From an uncultured Lachnospiraceae bacterium (GTDB lineage Bacteria > Bacillota > Clostridia > Lachnospirales > Lachnospiraceae): a stretch of 64,000 nucleotides of DNA. The notes beneath the pieces were generated by a model. That model saw only the letters and a program-made list of their open reading frames with translations. It was not told where the DNA came from and made no database searches. Position numbers and translations under genes: made by a program. Location: contig CATOJE010000001.1 in NCBI GenBank assembly GCA_951800145.1, forward strand, positions 59,234 through 123,233. Direction: 5' to 3'. Position 1 is the first letter of the stretch, and the number at the start of each line of letters is the position of its first letter. This document shows positions 1 to 9,378 of this stretch, in pieces.

Positions 1-919
1 CCACCAGGCAGTCGAAATTATCGTAATTATGAGCGATGTACATGTAAGGCTGTGTGATGAAAATCGGCGTGGAGGCCTCCTTCATCTGGAAAATACTATT
101 CAGATAAGCCACATCGTGGCTTCTGGCTATGGACAGGATCAGATAAGCCGGAACCATCACGCACACCAGGGCCGCCACATAGGCGAAATGGATTTTCCTG
201 TGAATGGAAATCCAGGTAAAGACCGCCATCCCCACCGCGAAGATCAGCTGAAACCGGGACACGCAGAGCACCGGGATCAGCAGGCTCGTCCCAGTGGCCA
301 GAAGAGCCAGGGCATTCCTCCCCTTCTGGCGCTCATCCTTGTTCTGTACATACAGAACATAAAGGGAAGGCACCAGCACGCAGGAAACAGTAATGTAGTG
401 AAGGCCGCTGATGTGAAAGTAGGAGTAGGCGTGGGGCACCCCCCGCAGGAAGAAGGGGACATAGCCAAGTACCAGCGCCTCCGTCACAAAGGCCGCCAGA
501 GATGCCAGGGTGATGGCCAGGATGGCCTTCAATAACGTGCCCTGGCACTTCTTCCCCCGAAGCCGGCTTTCCCCAAAAAGCCTTCCCCGCCCCTCGCCTT
601 TACTTGCCAAAGGATGTACCTGCAGCCTCTCTGCCAGGCCAAAGGCCAGGTAAAAGGATACCACAGCCAGAAAAAAGCACAGCCAGGTAACCAGGCTCCA
701 CTCCCTCTGAAGAAGGCTAAGCTTCATGCAGGAAAGCCCCTGGCCGCCCACAAAAAATAAACAGAACAAGCCCCTGAGGTGAATCAGGTTCCCGGAGGCG
801 CGGTAATCCTTCCAGTAGAGATAAAGTCCCGCGAATATAAGAACCAGGCCGGATGGCAGAAGCCATCCCAGCCTGGTAAATACGAAGCAAAGAATATATC
901 CAGTCAGATAAATAATCAT
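1..919 (-). CDS. Oligosaccharide repeat-unit polymerase (Wzy/O-antigen polymerase-like) membrane protein, partial (runs off window start)
   Basis: Not in ORF track. ATG at 919 overlaps the ptsI stop (ATGA). Hand translation MIIYLTGYILCFVF...GYVPFFLRGVPHAYSYFHISGLHYITVSCVLVP shows multiple TM segments. Confidence 0.65.
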   Translation of the reverse strand, partial: MIIYLTGYILCFVFTRLGWLLPSGLVLIFAGLYLYWKDYRASGNLIHLRGLFCLFFVGGQGLSCMKLSLLQREWSLVTWLCFFLAVVSFYLAFGLAERLQVHPLASKGEGRGRLFGESRLRGKKCQGTLLKAILAITLASLAAFVTEALVLGYVPFFLRGVPHAYSYFHISGLHYITVSCVLVPSLYVLYVQNKDERQKGRNALALLATGTSLLIPVLCVSRFQLIFAVGMAVFTWISIHRKIHFAYVAALVCVMVPAYLILSIARSHDVAYLNSIFQMKEASTPIFITQPYMYIAHNYDNFDCLV

Positions 920-2628
920 GAATTTATAAACTCTCTCATATAGTTTTCCACTTCCGTGGTGGTGGCAAAGCTCATAGCCTGATCTGCCACTGCCTGAAGC
1001 TCCTTTGTGCTGTACTCGGTGATCATCTTCCTTGCCCGGAGGATAGCCGAGGGGCTCATACTGAACTCATTTAATCCAAAGGCCAGAAGCAGCGGGATCA
1101 TCATCGGATCGCTGGCCGCCTCGCCGCACATGCCTACCATGATTCCAGCCTCCCTTGCACAGGTGATAATCCGCTTAATGCTGCGGAGCACAGCCGGGTT
1201 AAAGGTGGAATAGAGATAGGAGATCTTGTCATTGCCCCGGTCCACGGACATGGTGTACTGGGTCAGGTCATTGGTGCCGATGCTGAAGAAGTCCACCTCC
1301 TTCGCAAAAATATCTGCAATCAGGGACGCGGCCGCTGTCTCCACCATGATGCCCAGCTGAACATCCGGATTATACTTCATCCCCTTCTCATCCAGCTCCG
1401 CCTTAATCTCCTCCACCAGAGCCTTCACAGCCCGGTACTCGTCGATACAGGTAACCAGAGGAATCATGATCTTGATATTGCCGAAGGCGCTGGCTCTTAA
1501 AAGCGCCCGCAGCTGGGGACGGTACACATCCTCCTTCCGGTCCAGGCAGAAGCGCACTGCCCGATAGCCCAGGAAGGGGTTCTCATCCTTCTCCAGCCCC
1601 ATATAAGGGATCTCCTTATCGCCGCCGATATCCAGGGTGCGGATAATCACTGGCTTGCCGTCCATGGCGACAGCCACCTTCCGGTAAGCCTCAAACTGCT
1701 CTTCCTCTGTGGGCATAGCATTCCGATCCATAAAGAGGAACTCGGTGCGGAAAAGACCCACGCCTTCCCCGTCGTACTGGAGCACCTTGTCCACATCCTC
1801 CGGCTTGCCGATATTCGCCACCAGATCTACGGTCACCCCGTCCTTGGTAATGCTGGGCTTGCCGATGTACTTCTCCAGCTCCTTCTTTTCCTTTAAGAAT
1901 GCAGCCCGCTTGCCCTGATACTCAGCCAGCACTGCATCCTCCGGATTCACCAGGACCGTGCCGTCCGAGCCGTCCAGCACCAGCATATCCCCGTTCTTCA
2001 CCACCTCCAGGATGCCTCCGAGGGCTACCACGGCAGGGATCTCCAGGGCTCTCGCCAGAATGGCGCTGTGGGAGGTCCGCCCCCCAAGCTCTGTTACAAT
2101 GCCGGTTACATTCGCCGGATTAATCCCGGCAGTCATGGACGGGGTTAAATCCTTAGCCAGAATCACCGTTCCCTCCGGAAGAGAGGCAATATCCACCGAC
2201 TCCACTCCCATAAGCACCTTCTGCATCCTGGTCTTAATGTCCCGCATGTCTGTGGCTCTCTGCTGCATCAGCTCATCTCCCATGGAGGCGAACATGTCCG
2301 CATACATGGTGCATACATTCTCGATGGCAAACTCGCTGTTCACCTGATCCTTCTGAATCATGGACTCGATTTCCCCGGTCATCATAGGGTCAGACAGAAG
2401 CATAATGTGGCCGTTTAAGATCTCAGCCTCCTTCTCTCCCACTCTGGTGGCCAGATCCTCTGCCAGCGCCCTGGTCTGCTCCATGCTGGTCTCCAGCGCT
2501 CCCTTAAAACGCTGAATCTCTGCTGCTGAATCCGTGATTGTCTCCCTCTGAATCACTAATTCCTTTTCTTCGACGATCACCGCTTTTCCGATTCCGATGC
2601 CTGCCGAAGCATTCGTACCCTTGTACAT
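916..2628 (-). CDS. ptsI: PTS enzyme I (phosphoenolpyruvate-protein phosphotransferase)
   Basis: GGRTSHSAILAR phospho-His motif, GLFRTEFLF, DFFSIGTNDLTQY; 570 aa. Confidence 0.98.
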   Translation of the reverse strand: MYKGTNASAGIGIGKAVIVEEKELVIQRETITDSAAEIQRFKGALETSMEQTRALAEDLATRVGEKEAEILNGHIMLLSDPMMTGEIESMIQKDQVNSEFAIENVCTMYADMFASMGDELMQQRATDMRDIKTRMQKVLMGVESVDIASLPEGTVILAKDLTPSMTAGINPANVTGIVTELGGRTSHSAILARALEIPAVVALGGILEVVKNGDMLVLDGSDGTVLVNPEDAVLAEYQGKRAAFLKEKKELEKYIGKPSITKDGVTVDLVANIGKPEDVDKVLQYDGEGVGLFRTEFLFMDRNAMPTEEEQFEAYRKVAVAMDGKPVIIRTLDIGGDKEIPYMGLEKDENPFLGYRAVRFCLDRKEDVYRPQLRALLRASAFGNIKIMIPLVTCIDEYRAVKALVEEIKAELDEKGMKYNPDVQLGIMVETAAASLIADIFAKEVDFFSIGTNDLTQYTMSVDRGNDKISYLYSTFNPAVLRSIKRIITCAREAGIMVGMCGEAASDPMMIPLLLAFGLNEFSMSPSAILRARKMITEYSTKELQAVADQAMSFATTTEVENYMREFINS

Positions 2629-2694
2629 AATTATACTACCTCCTCAATGATATTTATGTTAAAGCCCGAAAGGGCTTATAACCAAAACCTGGGC

Positions 2695-2958
2695 TTACTC
2701 CCCAAGCCCGTCCCGGACGATCTGCACCATGGCAGCCAATGCCTCCTCCTCATCCTCTCCCTCACAGATAAATTCCAGCTCGTTCCCGCATTTAATGCAG
2801 GCGCCCAGCACGCTTAGCACGCTCTTGGCATTCGCTGTGGTATTAAAATGCTGGAAGCGGATGGAGGAGCGGTATTTAATTGCCTCCCGGCAAAGGATCC
2901 CTGCCGGTCTCAGATGAAGGCCGCTGGGATTTTTCACCACAACTTTCTCCTTAACCAT
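2695..2958 (-). CDS. ptsH: HPr phosphocarrier protein
   Basis: GLHLRPA (His15), NAKSVLSVL (Ser46); 87 aa, adjacent to ptsI. Confidence 0.95.
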   Translation of the reverse strand: MVKEKVVVKNPSGLHLRPAGILCREAIKYRSSIRFQHFNTTANAKSVLSVLGACIKCGNELEFICEGEDEEEALAAMVQIVRDGLGE

Positions 2959-2999
2959 GTTGTCCCTCCTGTACTGTCAGGCCCTATGCTGCGCCTGTC

Positions 3000-4436
3000 T
3001 TACTCTCCTGTCTCTTCTGGCTGAGAGGGGTGGCCGGGGCCCACTCCCTCCAGGCTGTGGCTCTCACTGGCGCTTGTTTCCTCCAGGGACTGGCTGGCTG
3101 CCACACTGCTCCCAAGGGCGGCGCGGATCTCTCCCTCGCCTCCCTCCTCCTCCGAAGTACCCTCTGTCTCTGAGGATGCCCCGGAGGAAGCTCCCGGGCC
3201 TGCATCCTTCGAGGATATGATAACCTGGAAGTCCGAATAGGAAACCACTGCCAGCTCCTCTGAAAGCCCCTTAAAGGAGAGCACGCCGGCATAAGAGCCC
3301 ACCTCCAGCCCGGACACATCCATCTCCAAAATCAAATCCGTCACATCCAGGCTCTCCAGCTCCTCCGGCAGTCCCTCCACCGTCACCTGGATGGAATCCT
3401 GGTCATAATCATAATAATTCTGGTTCTCCTCCCCCTCCCGGATAATCCGGTTCGTAGGAACCTCCATGGTCCGTGTGGATAATTCCCGAACCTTCAAGGT
3501 AACCGTCACCTGGCTGTTCCAGGGGATGCTCATATTCTGCTTGTCCGGAAGGTAATCCTCCACATTCACCGCCACAAGCCTGTCCCCTCTGGCTCCGTCC
3601 AGGCTTAAGGCCTCTGCCGGAATGGTGATGGTATCAATCTGGGAAACCACCGAATCCACACCCATCACCGACACCACATCCGTGGAAGCCTCCATGCCCA
3701 CATACCGGTAGCCCTCTGCCACCCGGCCGCCTACTTCAAACTCCAGCCTGAGCTGCTTCACCTTCATGAGCTTAATCATATAAGAAATCTCCGGGATATT
3801 CACCGTCACCCGATCGTCCAGGGAAAGGTCGTTCCCATTGGCGTCATAAAAGACAGGGACCGCCTTCCCCTCCATCCCTTCACTTAGGTTAATCTCGATT
3901 CCCACGGAATTAATCCGGCCGATGACAGACTCCGGTCCCTTCACCGTCACCATGTCGTGATCCAGCTGGATATTCTCCACCTCGTAGCCATTGGCCACCT
4001 GGCCCTGGGGGTGGATCTGGAGATCAAAGTCCTTCTCCTGGATCTGCTCCGTCTTAATCCGGACCACCGCCGGCCTTGCAGCCACAGACTCGATGTAATA
4101 ATCCTTATTATTCAGCACCTCAACATATACCGGCACGGTGCTGGTAGCCGGGTAATAATCCGCCAGATCAATATAAGCCCGGAAATCAGATCCAGTAACA
4201 TTCATCCGGTCTCTGGTCCGCACCAGGTAGGAGACCGTCACCGTGGTCCGCTTGCCCTCGATCTCGTAGGCCATGCCGGCCTTGGTCATCACTTCCCCAT
4301 TGATCACATCCAGGGTAATCTCCTTCCGGTCGGTAATCTGCGGATCCGAAACATTCACCACTGCAAGCCACACAAAAAATGCAATCACGATGGAAAGTAT
4401 TTTAAGGCTCAGATTTCGGGTCAGAATTTCTTTCAT
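3000..4436 (-). CDS. cdaR: CdaR/YbbR-domain regulator of diadenylate cyclase
   Basis: N-terminal TM (LKILSIVIAFFVWLAV), repeated YbbR-like units (V.V.GP/G...I), acidic tail; overlaps cdaA. Confidence 0.85.
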   Translation of the reverse strand: MKEILTRNLSLKILSIVIAFFVWLAVVNVSDPQITDRKEITLDVINGEVMTKAGMAYEIEGKRTTVTVSYLVRTRDRMNVTGSDFRAYIDLADYYPATSTVPVYVEVLNNKDYYIESVAARPAVVRIKTEQIQEKDFDLQIHPQGQVANGYEVENIQLDHDMVTVKGPESVIGRINSVGIEINLSEGMEGKAVPVFYDANGNDLSLDDRVTVNIPEISYMIKLMKVKQLRLEFEVGGRVAEGYRYVGMEASTDVVSVMGVDSVVSQIDTITIPAEALSLDGARGDRLVAVNVEDYLPDKQNMSIPWNSQVTVTLKVRELSTRTMEVPTNRIIREGEENQNYYDYDQDSIQVTVEGLPEELESLDVTDLILEMDVSGLEVGSYAGVLSFKGLSEELAVVSYSDFQVIISSKDAGPGASSGASSETEGTSEEEGGEGEIRAALGSSVAASQSLEETSASESHSLEGVGPGHPSQPEETGE

Positions 4437-5301
4437 TCTTCAGCCTCCCCTTCCATATCTTGAATTTGCTGCCGGCTGCAGCGGCTGCCTCCTTTGTATT
4501 GCTGGCCAAAAGACGCTTAAGGCTTTCCCCGTCATTCACCCGGGTAAGCTTCCCGCCCTCCGCCAGGGTCACCCGCCCGGTTTCCTCTGAGACGATGATG
4601 GTCATGCTGTCCGTCACCTCTGAGATGCCCACTGCCGCCCGGTGCCTAGTTCCCAAATCCTTGCTGATATTCATATTATCCGATAAGGGCAGGTAACAGG
4701 TGGCTGCCGCCACCCGGTTCCCCCGGATCACCACGGCGCCGTCGTGAAGGGGGGTGTTGTGCTCGAATATATTAATCAAAAGCTGGCTGCTGACCAGGCC
4801 GTTAATCTCTATGCCGGTGCGCTCGATCTCCTTTAAGGTATCCCCCTTTTCGATAACCATGAGAGCGCCCGTCTTCACCTTCGCCATCTCGAAGGTAGCC
4901 CGTACCAGCTCGCTTACTGTCTTCTCCGTAAAACCGCTTTCCTCCTTCCCGTCGTCAAAGGAAAGGATATTTGTGATAATGTTCTTACTTCCCAGCTGCT
5001 CTAAGGCCTTCCGGAGCTCCGGCTGGAAAATTACAAGCAGCGCTGTGGCCGCTATGGCCGCTGTTTTCTCTAAAATCCAAAGAATCGTCCGCAGATCAAA
5101 TACCGCAGCTAACACGGTGAACAGCAAGATCACCACCAGGCCCTTTAGTAATGTCCAGGCCCGGGTATTCTTAATCCAGTATAAAACCTCATAAATCAAT
5201 ACGGAAATAATGACAATCTCAATAAGGTTTCTGAAACTGATCCTTTGTAAAAATGACAGCCAGGAGTGGATAACTTCCATCAGCTCCCCCATGGTGTCCA
5301 T
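4402..5301 (-). CDS. cdaA: Diadenylate cyclase CdaA (DacA)
   Basis: Three N-terminal TMs, FQPELR, TPLHDGAV, LGTRHRAA DAC motifs. Confidence 0.95.
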   Translation of the reverse strand: MDTMGELMEVIHSWLSFLQRISFRNLIEIVIISVLIYEVLYWIKNTRAWTLLKGLVVILLFTVLAAVFDLRTILWILEKTAAIAATALLVIFQPELRKALEQLGSKNIITNILSFDDGKEESGFTEKTVSELVRATFEMAKVKTGALMVIEKGDTLKEIERTGIEINGLVSSQLLINIFEHNTPLHDGAVVIRGNRVAAATCYLPLSDNMNISKDLGTRHRAAVGISEVTDSMTIIVSEETGRVTLAEGGKLTRVNDGESLKRLLASNTKEAAAAAGSKFKIWKGRLKNERNSDPKSEP

Positions 5302-5373
5302 TGTTATGTCCTCCTTCCCCTCCTGTCCCCCTTATGCCTGCAGAAAGCTCCTCCCTGCGGATCCTGGAGAATA

Positions 5374-6309
5374 TCAGGAATCCTTTCTTCGATTTATCCG
5401 CTGTACCTTCACATCCGGCGCCGCCACTGCCATCTTAGGCACCGCCTTCACATAATAATAGTAATCATCATCCTGGTACTGCAGAAATTCCGTCCTGGAA
5501 TAATCCACCGAAAATACAAAAAAATGGAAAATATAAGCTAATATTACGGATATGGAAATCCCCAGAGCCATGGAGCCCACAGAAATATTCACATCCATTC
5601 TGGAATTCCCGATAAACATCACTGCCAGCTCCGCCACCATCCCCGCAGCGATGGCCACTGCCCAAGAATAGTTAAAGGAAAGGCTTTTAATCAGATACAC
5701 CACCACAGCTGCTGAGAGAAAGGTGAGTATCATCAGAATCATCATCTCATTGGAAATCAGGCTCTTAATGATCTGCATATACTTCTGGGTGATGTCCACG
5801 GTTTCCGATCCGGCCAGCACGCCGGCATTCTGCTTGGCATAAACCAGCAGATGATAGAAAAATATACCCACACACATAGGCACCAGGGCGGAAAGGCCGC
5901 CGGACAGCCCGATGATAAAGGGGATAATATATGGGATCCGGATGAAAAAAAGCACCGGCGTAATCAGCATAAACACAGAGTTCCCAGGCTGAAATCCACT
6001 GTACAATATCAGCACAATCAGCACCAAAAGCCCGGCGATGAGCGTTAATTCCATGGACAGGCTGTAGAGATGCACCAGCATAAAAACCGCCGCCGTGCAG
6101 GTGAGCACACTCATGGGCAAAAACGCGCTTAAAAGACTTAAGATGCCCACGATCACCGGGTTCTTCAGTACCTCCTTAAAACCCAGATTCTGATTCAGCA
6201 AGATGAACACAGCCAGCGCAAACAGGAACTTTTTCGCCGGATTAATCAGATAGCTGTATCTTCCATAAAATGCCTTCAGCTGTTCCTTAAATACCAGAAG
6301 CCCCATCAT
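5374..6309 (-). CDS. Conserved multi-pass membrane protein, unknown function
   Basis: About 9 hydrophobic helices; C-terminal DYSRTEFLQYQDDDYYYYVKAVPK motif. Confidence 0.7.
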   Translation of the reverse strand: MMGLLVFKEQLKAFYGRYSYLINPAKKFLFALAVFILLNQNLGFKEVLKNPVIVGILSLLSAFLPMSVLTCTAAVFMLVHLYSLSMELTLIAGLLVLIVLILYSGFQPGNSVFMLITPVLFFIRIPYIIPFIIGLSGGLSALVPMCVGIFFYHLLVYAKQNAGVLAGSETVDITQKYMQIIKSLISNEMMILMILTFLSAAVVVYLIKSLSFNYSWAVAIAAGMVAELAVMFIGNSRMDVNISVGSMALGISISVILAYIFHFFVFSVDYSRTEFLQYQDDDYYYYVKAVPKMAVAAPDVKVQRINRRKDS

Positions 6310-6733
6310 GGCGGATGCCCTCCTTTGTCATCTCCTTCACCTTGTTCTGGTACTCATACCGCTTCTCAAGGCGTTTCAGCTTAGCCACATAGACCCGCAT
6401 TCCTGCGATGGAATAGTCATAGCGCTTCCAGTAAACTACGAGCGTAGTCAAAAGATAAAGGAATAACCCTCCCAGATATAGCAGGCAGAACCGCTGTCCA
6501 AAGGACAGAAGCATATCAATGGAAAGACTGCTTAAGATCACCTCCATATAATACAGGGCCCAGAGCACGGTCCCCAGAAGAAAGCACATGGTATATCCGA
6601 AAAATCCACTTAACAAGTGCCGGCTGATGTAGTCGCTTTTAAAGTAACAGCTTAAAGGGAAGATCCGCTTCCCCTCCTTCTGCTCAAACATGGCGATACT
6701 GGTCATAAGCTTAATTTTCTCTTCATTCAGCAT
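6287..6733 (-). CDS. Conserved 2-TM membrane protein, unknown function
   Basis: 148 aa, RBS AAAGGAG, overlaps downstream gene. Confidence 0.7.
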   Translation of the reverse strand: MLNEEKIKLMTSIAMFEQKEGKRIFPLSCYFKSDYISRHLLSGFFGYTMCFLLGTVLWALYYMEVILSSLSIDMLLSFGQRFCLLYLGGLFLYLLTTLVVYWKRYDYSIAGMRVYVAKLKRLEKRYEYQNKVKEMTKEGIRHDGASGI

Positions 6734-6829
6734 ACTGCCGCTCCTTTGTCCTTACAAATCCTTGCGGACTGCTCCCTGCCAGGCTCTGCCGGCAAGGATC
6801 CGCAGGCGATAAAAAAAACCGCTATTTTT

Positions 6830-6858
6830 ATTGTAACATAGAATTGGTTACTTTGCGA
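6830..6858 (-). promoter_or_regulatory. Putative sigma-A promoter for the membrane-protein/cdaA/ptsI run
   Basis: TCGCAA-17 nt-TACAAT with extended -10 TG on the minus strand. Confidence 0.5.
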
Positions 6859-6929
6859 GGGGTTATGCATAATTTTTATAAATTTGTAAACAATTTAGCA
6901 AAGCTTCTTGATTTTTCCAATTACGGCAG

Positions 6930-6976
6930 ACAGGCCAGATTCCGCGAGCTAGTATCACTCACAAAATCCGGCCTGT
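6930..6976 (-). repeat. 19-bp stem-loop downstream of the fic gene (terminator or REP-like)
   Basis: Arms 6930-6948 and 6958-6976; all 4 mismatches are G-U pairs on the minus strand. Confidence 0.55.
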
Positions 6977-6995
6977 TCTTTTAAGAAGCTTTACC

Positions 6996-7856
6996 TTATC
7001 TCACAAACGATCCTTTATCCGGTTTTTTAATCTCTTTGAAGGTGCCGCTGATGTGCAATGTCCGGTTATGAAGCGGGTGATTCTCATCCAGAAGGAGATT
7101 GCGAAGGAACACCTCAAGGAACTCTGTCGTTTCATAAATGCCGTTTTTCAGGTCATTATAGTTTGCCCTCACAAGTGAATTCCGAAAATACCATGCATTT
7201 TCGGCAAAAATGTCATTTGTAGCATCAAAGCCCAGCGTGCGCAGATACTTGATGAAGAATACTGCCGTCGTTCTTGTATTGCCTTCACAAAATACATGGA
7301 TTTGCCACAGTCTGGATACGAATACAGCAAGGTGATGAATAATTTCATCCATCGATAGATTTTTGTAGGAAAAATTCTTCTCCTCTGAGAAATCATAGTC
7401 CAGTGTCGCGCGCAGCTCTGTAGCACTGCCGTATAACACGGTCGCTCCATTAAGCACCCATTCCTTCTTCGTGATGTTGTAATCCCGAATACGCCCGGCA
7501 TGGGAATAAATGCCGGCAAACAGCCTTCTATGAATCGAAAGATACTCGTTCGGCGTAAAGCTGAAGGCACGCTCAGAAAGAAGCGCGGCGATCCGCGCTG
7601 AGACCTTGTCAGCCTCCTCTGTGCGGTCCGACGCGTCGCGGATAGGATTTTCCTCGTAGTAGGCCTGTAAAAGTGCATTTGCCTCTTCAAAGGAAATCTC
7701 GCCTTCGATATTCCGAAGGGCAGTATGCACCAAATATTCTGATGTTTTCAGCCCGTCAACTGCCTGCAGGCCAATGGCCGTATGCCACGCATAGCTTTTT
7801 TCCCGCTTTGCCGGTTCGGATTCTTTTATATATTCCTTAAATGGATCTTCCTTCAC
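6996..7856 (-). CDS. Fic-family protein with N-terminal VbhA-like inhibitory helix
   Basis: Fic motif variant HVFCEGNTRT; N-terminal AIGLQAVDGL; C-terminus may be truncated. Confidence 0.85.
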   Translation of the reverse strand: MKEDPFKEYIKESEPAKREKSYAWHTAIGLQAVDGLKTSEYLVHTALRNIEGEISFEEANALLQAYYEENPIRDASDRTEEADKVSARIAALLSERAFSFTPNEYLSIHRRLFAGIYSHAGRIRDYNITKKEWVLNGATVLYGSATELRATLDYDFSEEKNFSYKNLSMDEIIHHLAVFVSRLWQIHVFCEGNTRTTAVFFIKYLRTLGFDATNDIFAENAWYFRNSLVRANYNDLKNGIYETTEFLEVFLRNLLLDENHPLHNRTLHISGTFKEIKKPDKGSFVR

Positions 7857-7902
7857 TCTGTATCACCTCGCTGTTGCTTTTCTGTCCCCGCTCAGCCCGC
7901 CA

Positions 7903-8160
7903 TCAGCCCTTCAAAAAATCACTGAACTCCTTCAGTTCCCCTTTCCTGCCCTCCGAAAGACGATTGAACTCCACATTACAGACCGCGCCCTCCAGCGCAT
8001 ACAAATGAACGAGACAGACATTGGGATATCTTCCCTTCACTTTCAGGAAAGCCTGCTCCGCCCCCAGACGGGCCAATTCCTCCGCCGAACCAATCCCCAC
8101 GGAATCCAGCTTCCTTGCCATCTCCTTACCAATATTCATCATAGATGTTAATTCCGCCAT
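7903..8160 (-). CDS. TfoX C-terminal-domain (HhH-like) DNA-binding protein
   Basis: L.SMMNIGKEMARKLDSVGI, LYALEGAV pattern; 85 aa. Confidence 0.8.
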   Translation of the reverse strand: MAELTSMMNIGKEMARKLDSVGIGSAEELARLGAEQAFLKVKGRYPNVCLVHLYALEGAVCNVEFNRLSEGRKGELKEFSDFLKG

Positions 8161-8178
8161 ATCCTTCTCCTATAGCCA

Positions 8179-8457
8179 TTAACAATAATAACTAATTTCT
8201 CTAAACTGTGTATACCACTTATTAATAATAATACTACTATTTGCTTCAATATATCTTATCATATTATTTAATATTTTCTGTGGAATCCGAGAATTATTGT
8301 TGCAAAGTAAAGCTTTCCCAGAACTTGTTATCCAAATTTTTGTTGCATTTGCTGTTGCTCTCCCTTCTGCAATGTGTACGTGTACTGGCTCAAGTGGATC
8401 ATTTTCATTCGACCAGAAGTAAATTATATATGGACCAATCCTAAAAATTTGAGGCAT
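8179..8457 (-). CDS. DUF4160-family protein (putative TA component)
   Basis: MPQIFRIGPYIIYFWSNE..PLEPVHVH signature; AT-rich. Confidence 0.8.
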   Translation of the reverse strand: MPQIFRIGPYIIYFWSNENDPLEPVHVHIAEGRATANATKIWITSSGKALLCNNNSRIPQKILNNMIRYIEANSSIIINKWYTQFREISYYC

Positions 8458-8734
8458 TTAAGATACCCCCCTCTTTCGAAAATTCAATCATTAAATGCGC
8501 ATTATTGCGGACAAATTCTTTAAAATAATCCATCTCAGCATCAGAATATCCATTCACATCTTTCCAAGAATGTTCTGGTAAATAGCATGTTGCATTATGA
8601 AATCCATTTTTTAAATCTGGCGTTTCTATATATACCTTTACTCTTCCATCTGGTAACATTTCCGAATGAGTAATTTCTGTATCGTCATTAAGTGTTGCGT
8701 ATGGATACATCATATTATCGTCCTCTCTTTCCAT
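8441..8734 (-). CDS. Small acidic hypothetical protein, partner of the DUF4160 gene
   Basis: Overlaps the DUF4160 gene; likely start MMYPY at about 8713. Confidence 0.7.
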   Translation of the reverse strand: MEREDDNMMYPYATLNDDTEITHSEMLPDGRVKVYIETPDLKNGFHNATCYLPEHSWKDVNGYSDAEMDYFKEFVRNNAHLMIEFSKEGGILNASNF

Positions 8735-8838
8735 AAATCTATTATTTCATTTGAAATTCTTAGTTGCAGCTCCCGGTATTTCCATATTTTTTCATTATAT
8801 TTTCTTCTCGAAAATCCTATGTTGTGTTATTCATAATA

Positions 8839-9180
8839 TTACCTCTTACACTCTACCATATTTCTAATAGCTTCCTCCACAACAGCATTCAAACTCTTCT
8901 CATGTTCAATCGCGTATACCGCAATATTCCGATGAAGCTCCGGACTGATCCTGACATTAAATGTTCCCTTGTATGGTTGTTCGGGTTTCACGTTTCTTTC
9001 ATCGCAATCTGCTAAATATTCATCAATCACATTCTGAAAATCCTGCTCTAATTCCTGTACTGAATCACCTTCATAAGACAGTAAAGCTTTGATTCCGACC
9101 ACCTTTCCAAAAAGGCATTTATCTTCTTTAGAATATTCCACTGTGCCATTGTAATTCTTATATAACAACAAATTACTCAT
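8839..9180 (-). CDS. hicB: HicB-family antitoxin
   Basis: L.YK.Y.G.VEYS.ED..L.GKV, YKGTFNVRISPELH ribbon-helix-helix region. Confidence 0.9.
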   Translation of the reverse strand: MSNLLLYKNYNGTVEYSKEDKCLFGKVVGIKALLSYEGDSVQELEQDFQNVIDEYLADCDERNVKPEQPYKGTFNVRISPELHRNIAVYAIEHEKSLNAVVEEAIRNMVECKR

Positions 9181-9309
9181 GGTAAACTATCCTTTCTTAG
9201 ATTTCTCTAGATACCTGCTCTAACACATATCTCTCTATGACACCGCTTGGACATGGTTCGTTCCACCTTGTTTTAACTCATATCCAAAATATGATAACAA
9301 GAATTGCAT
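9177..9309 (-). pseudogene. hicA: hicA toxin remnant
   Basis: Fragments in three frames, MQFLLSYFGYELKQGGT / PCPSGVIERYVLEQV / LRKDSLP*, resemble HicA. Final TGA overlaps the hicB ATG. Confidence 0.7.
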
Positions 9310-9378
9310 TTCTACTTTGTATGTAATATACCACTCCGGGTTAAAATATGCAACTATCTATCGTTGCATGTCATGTTC

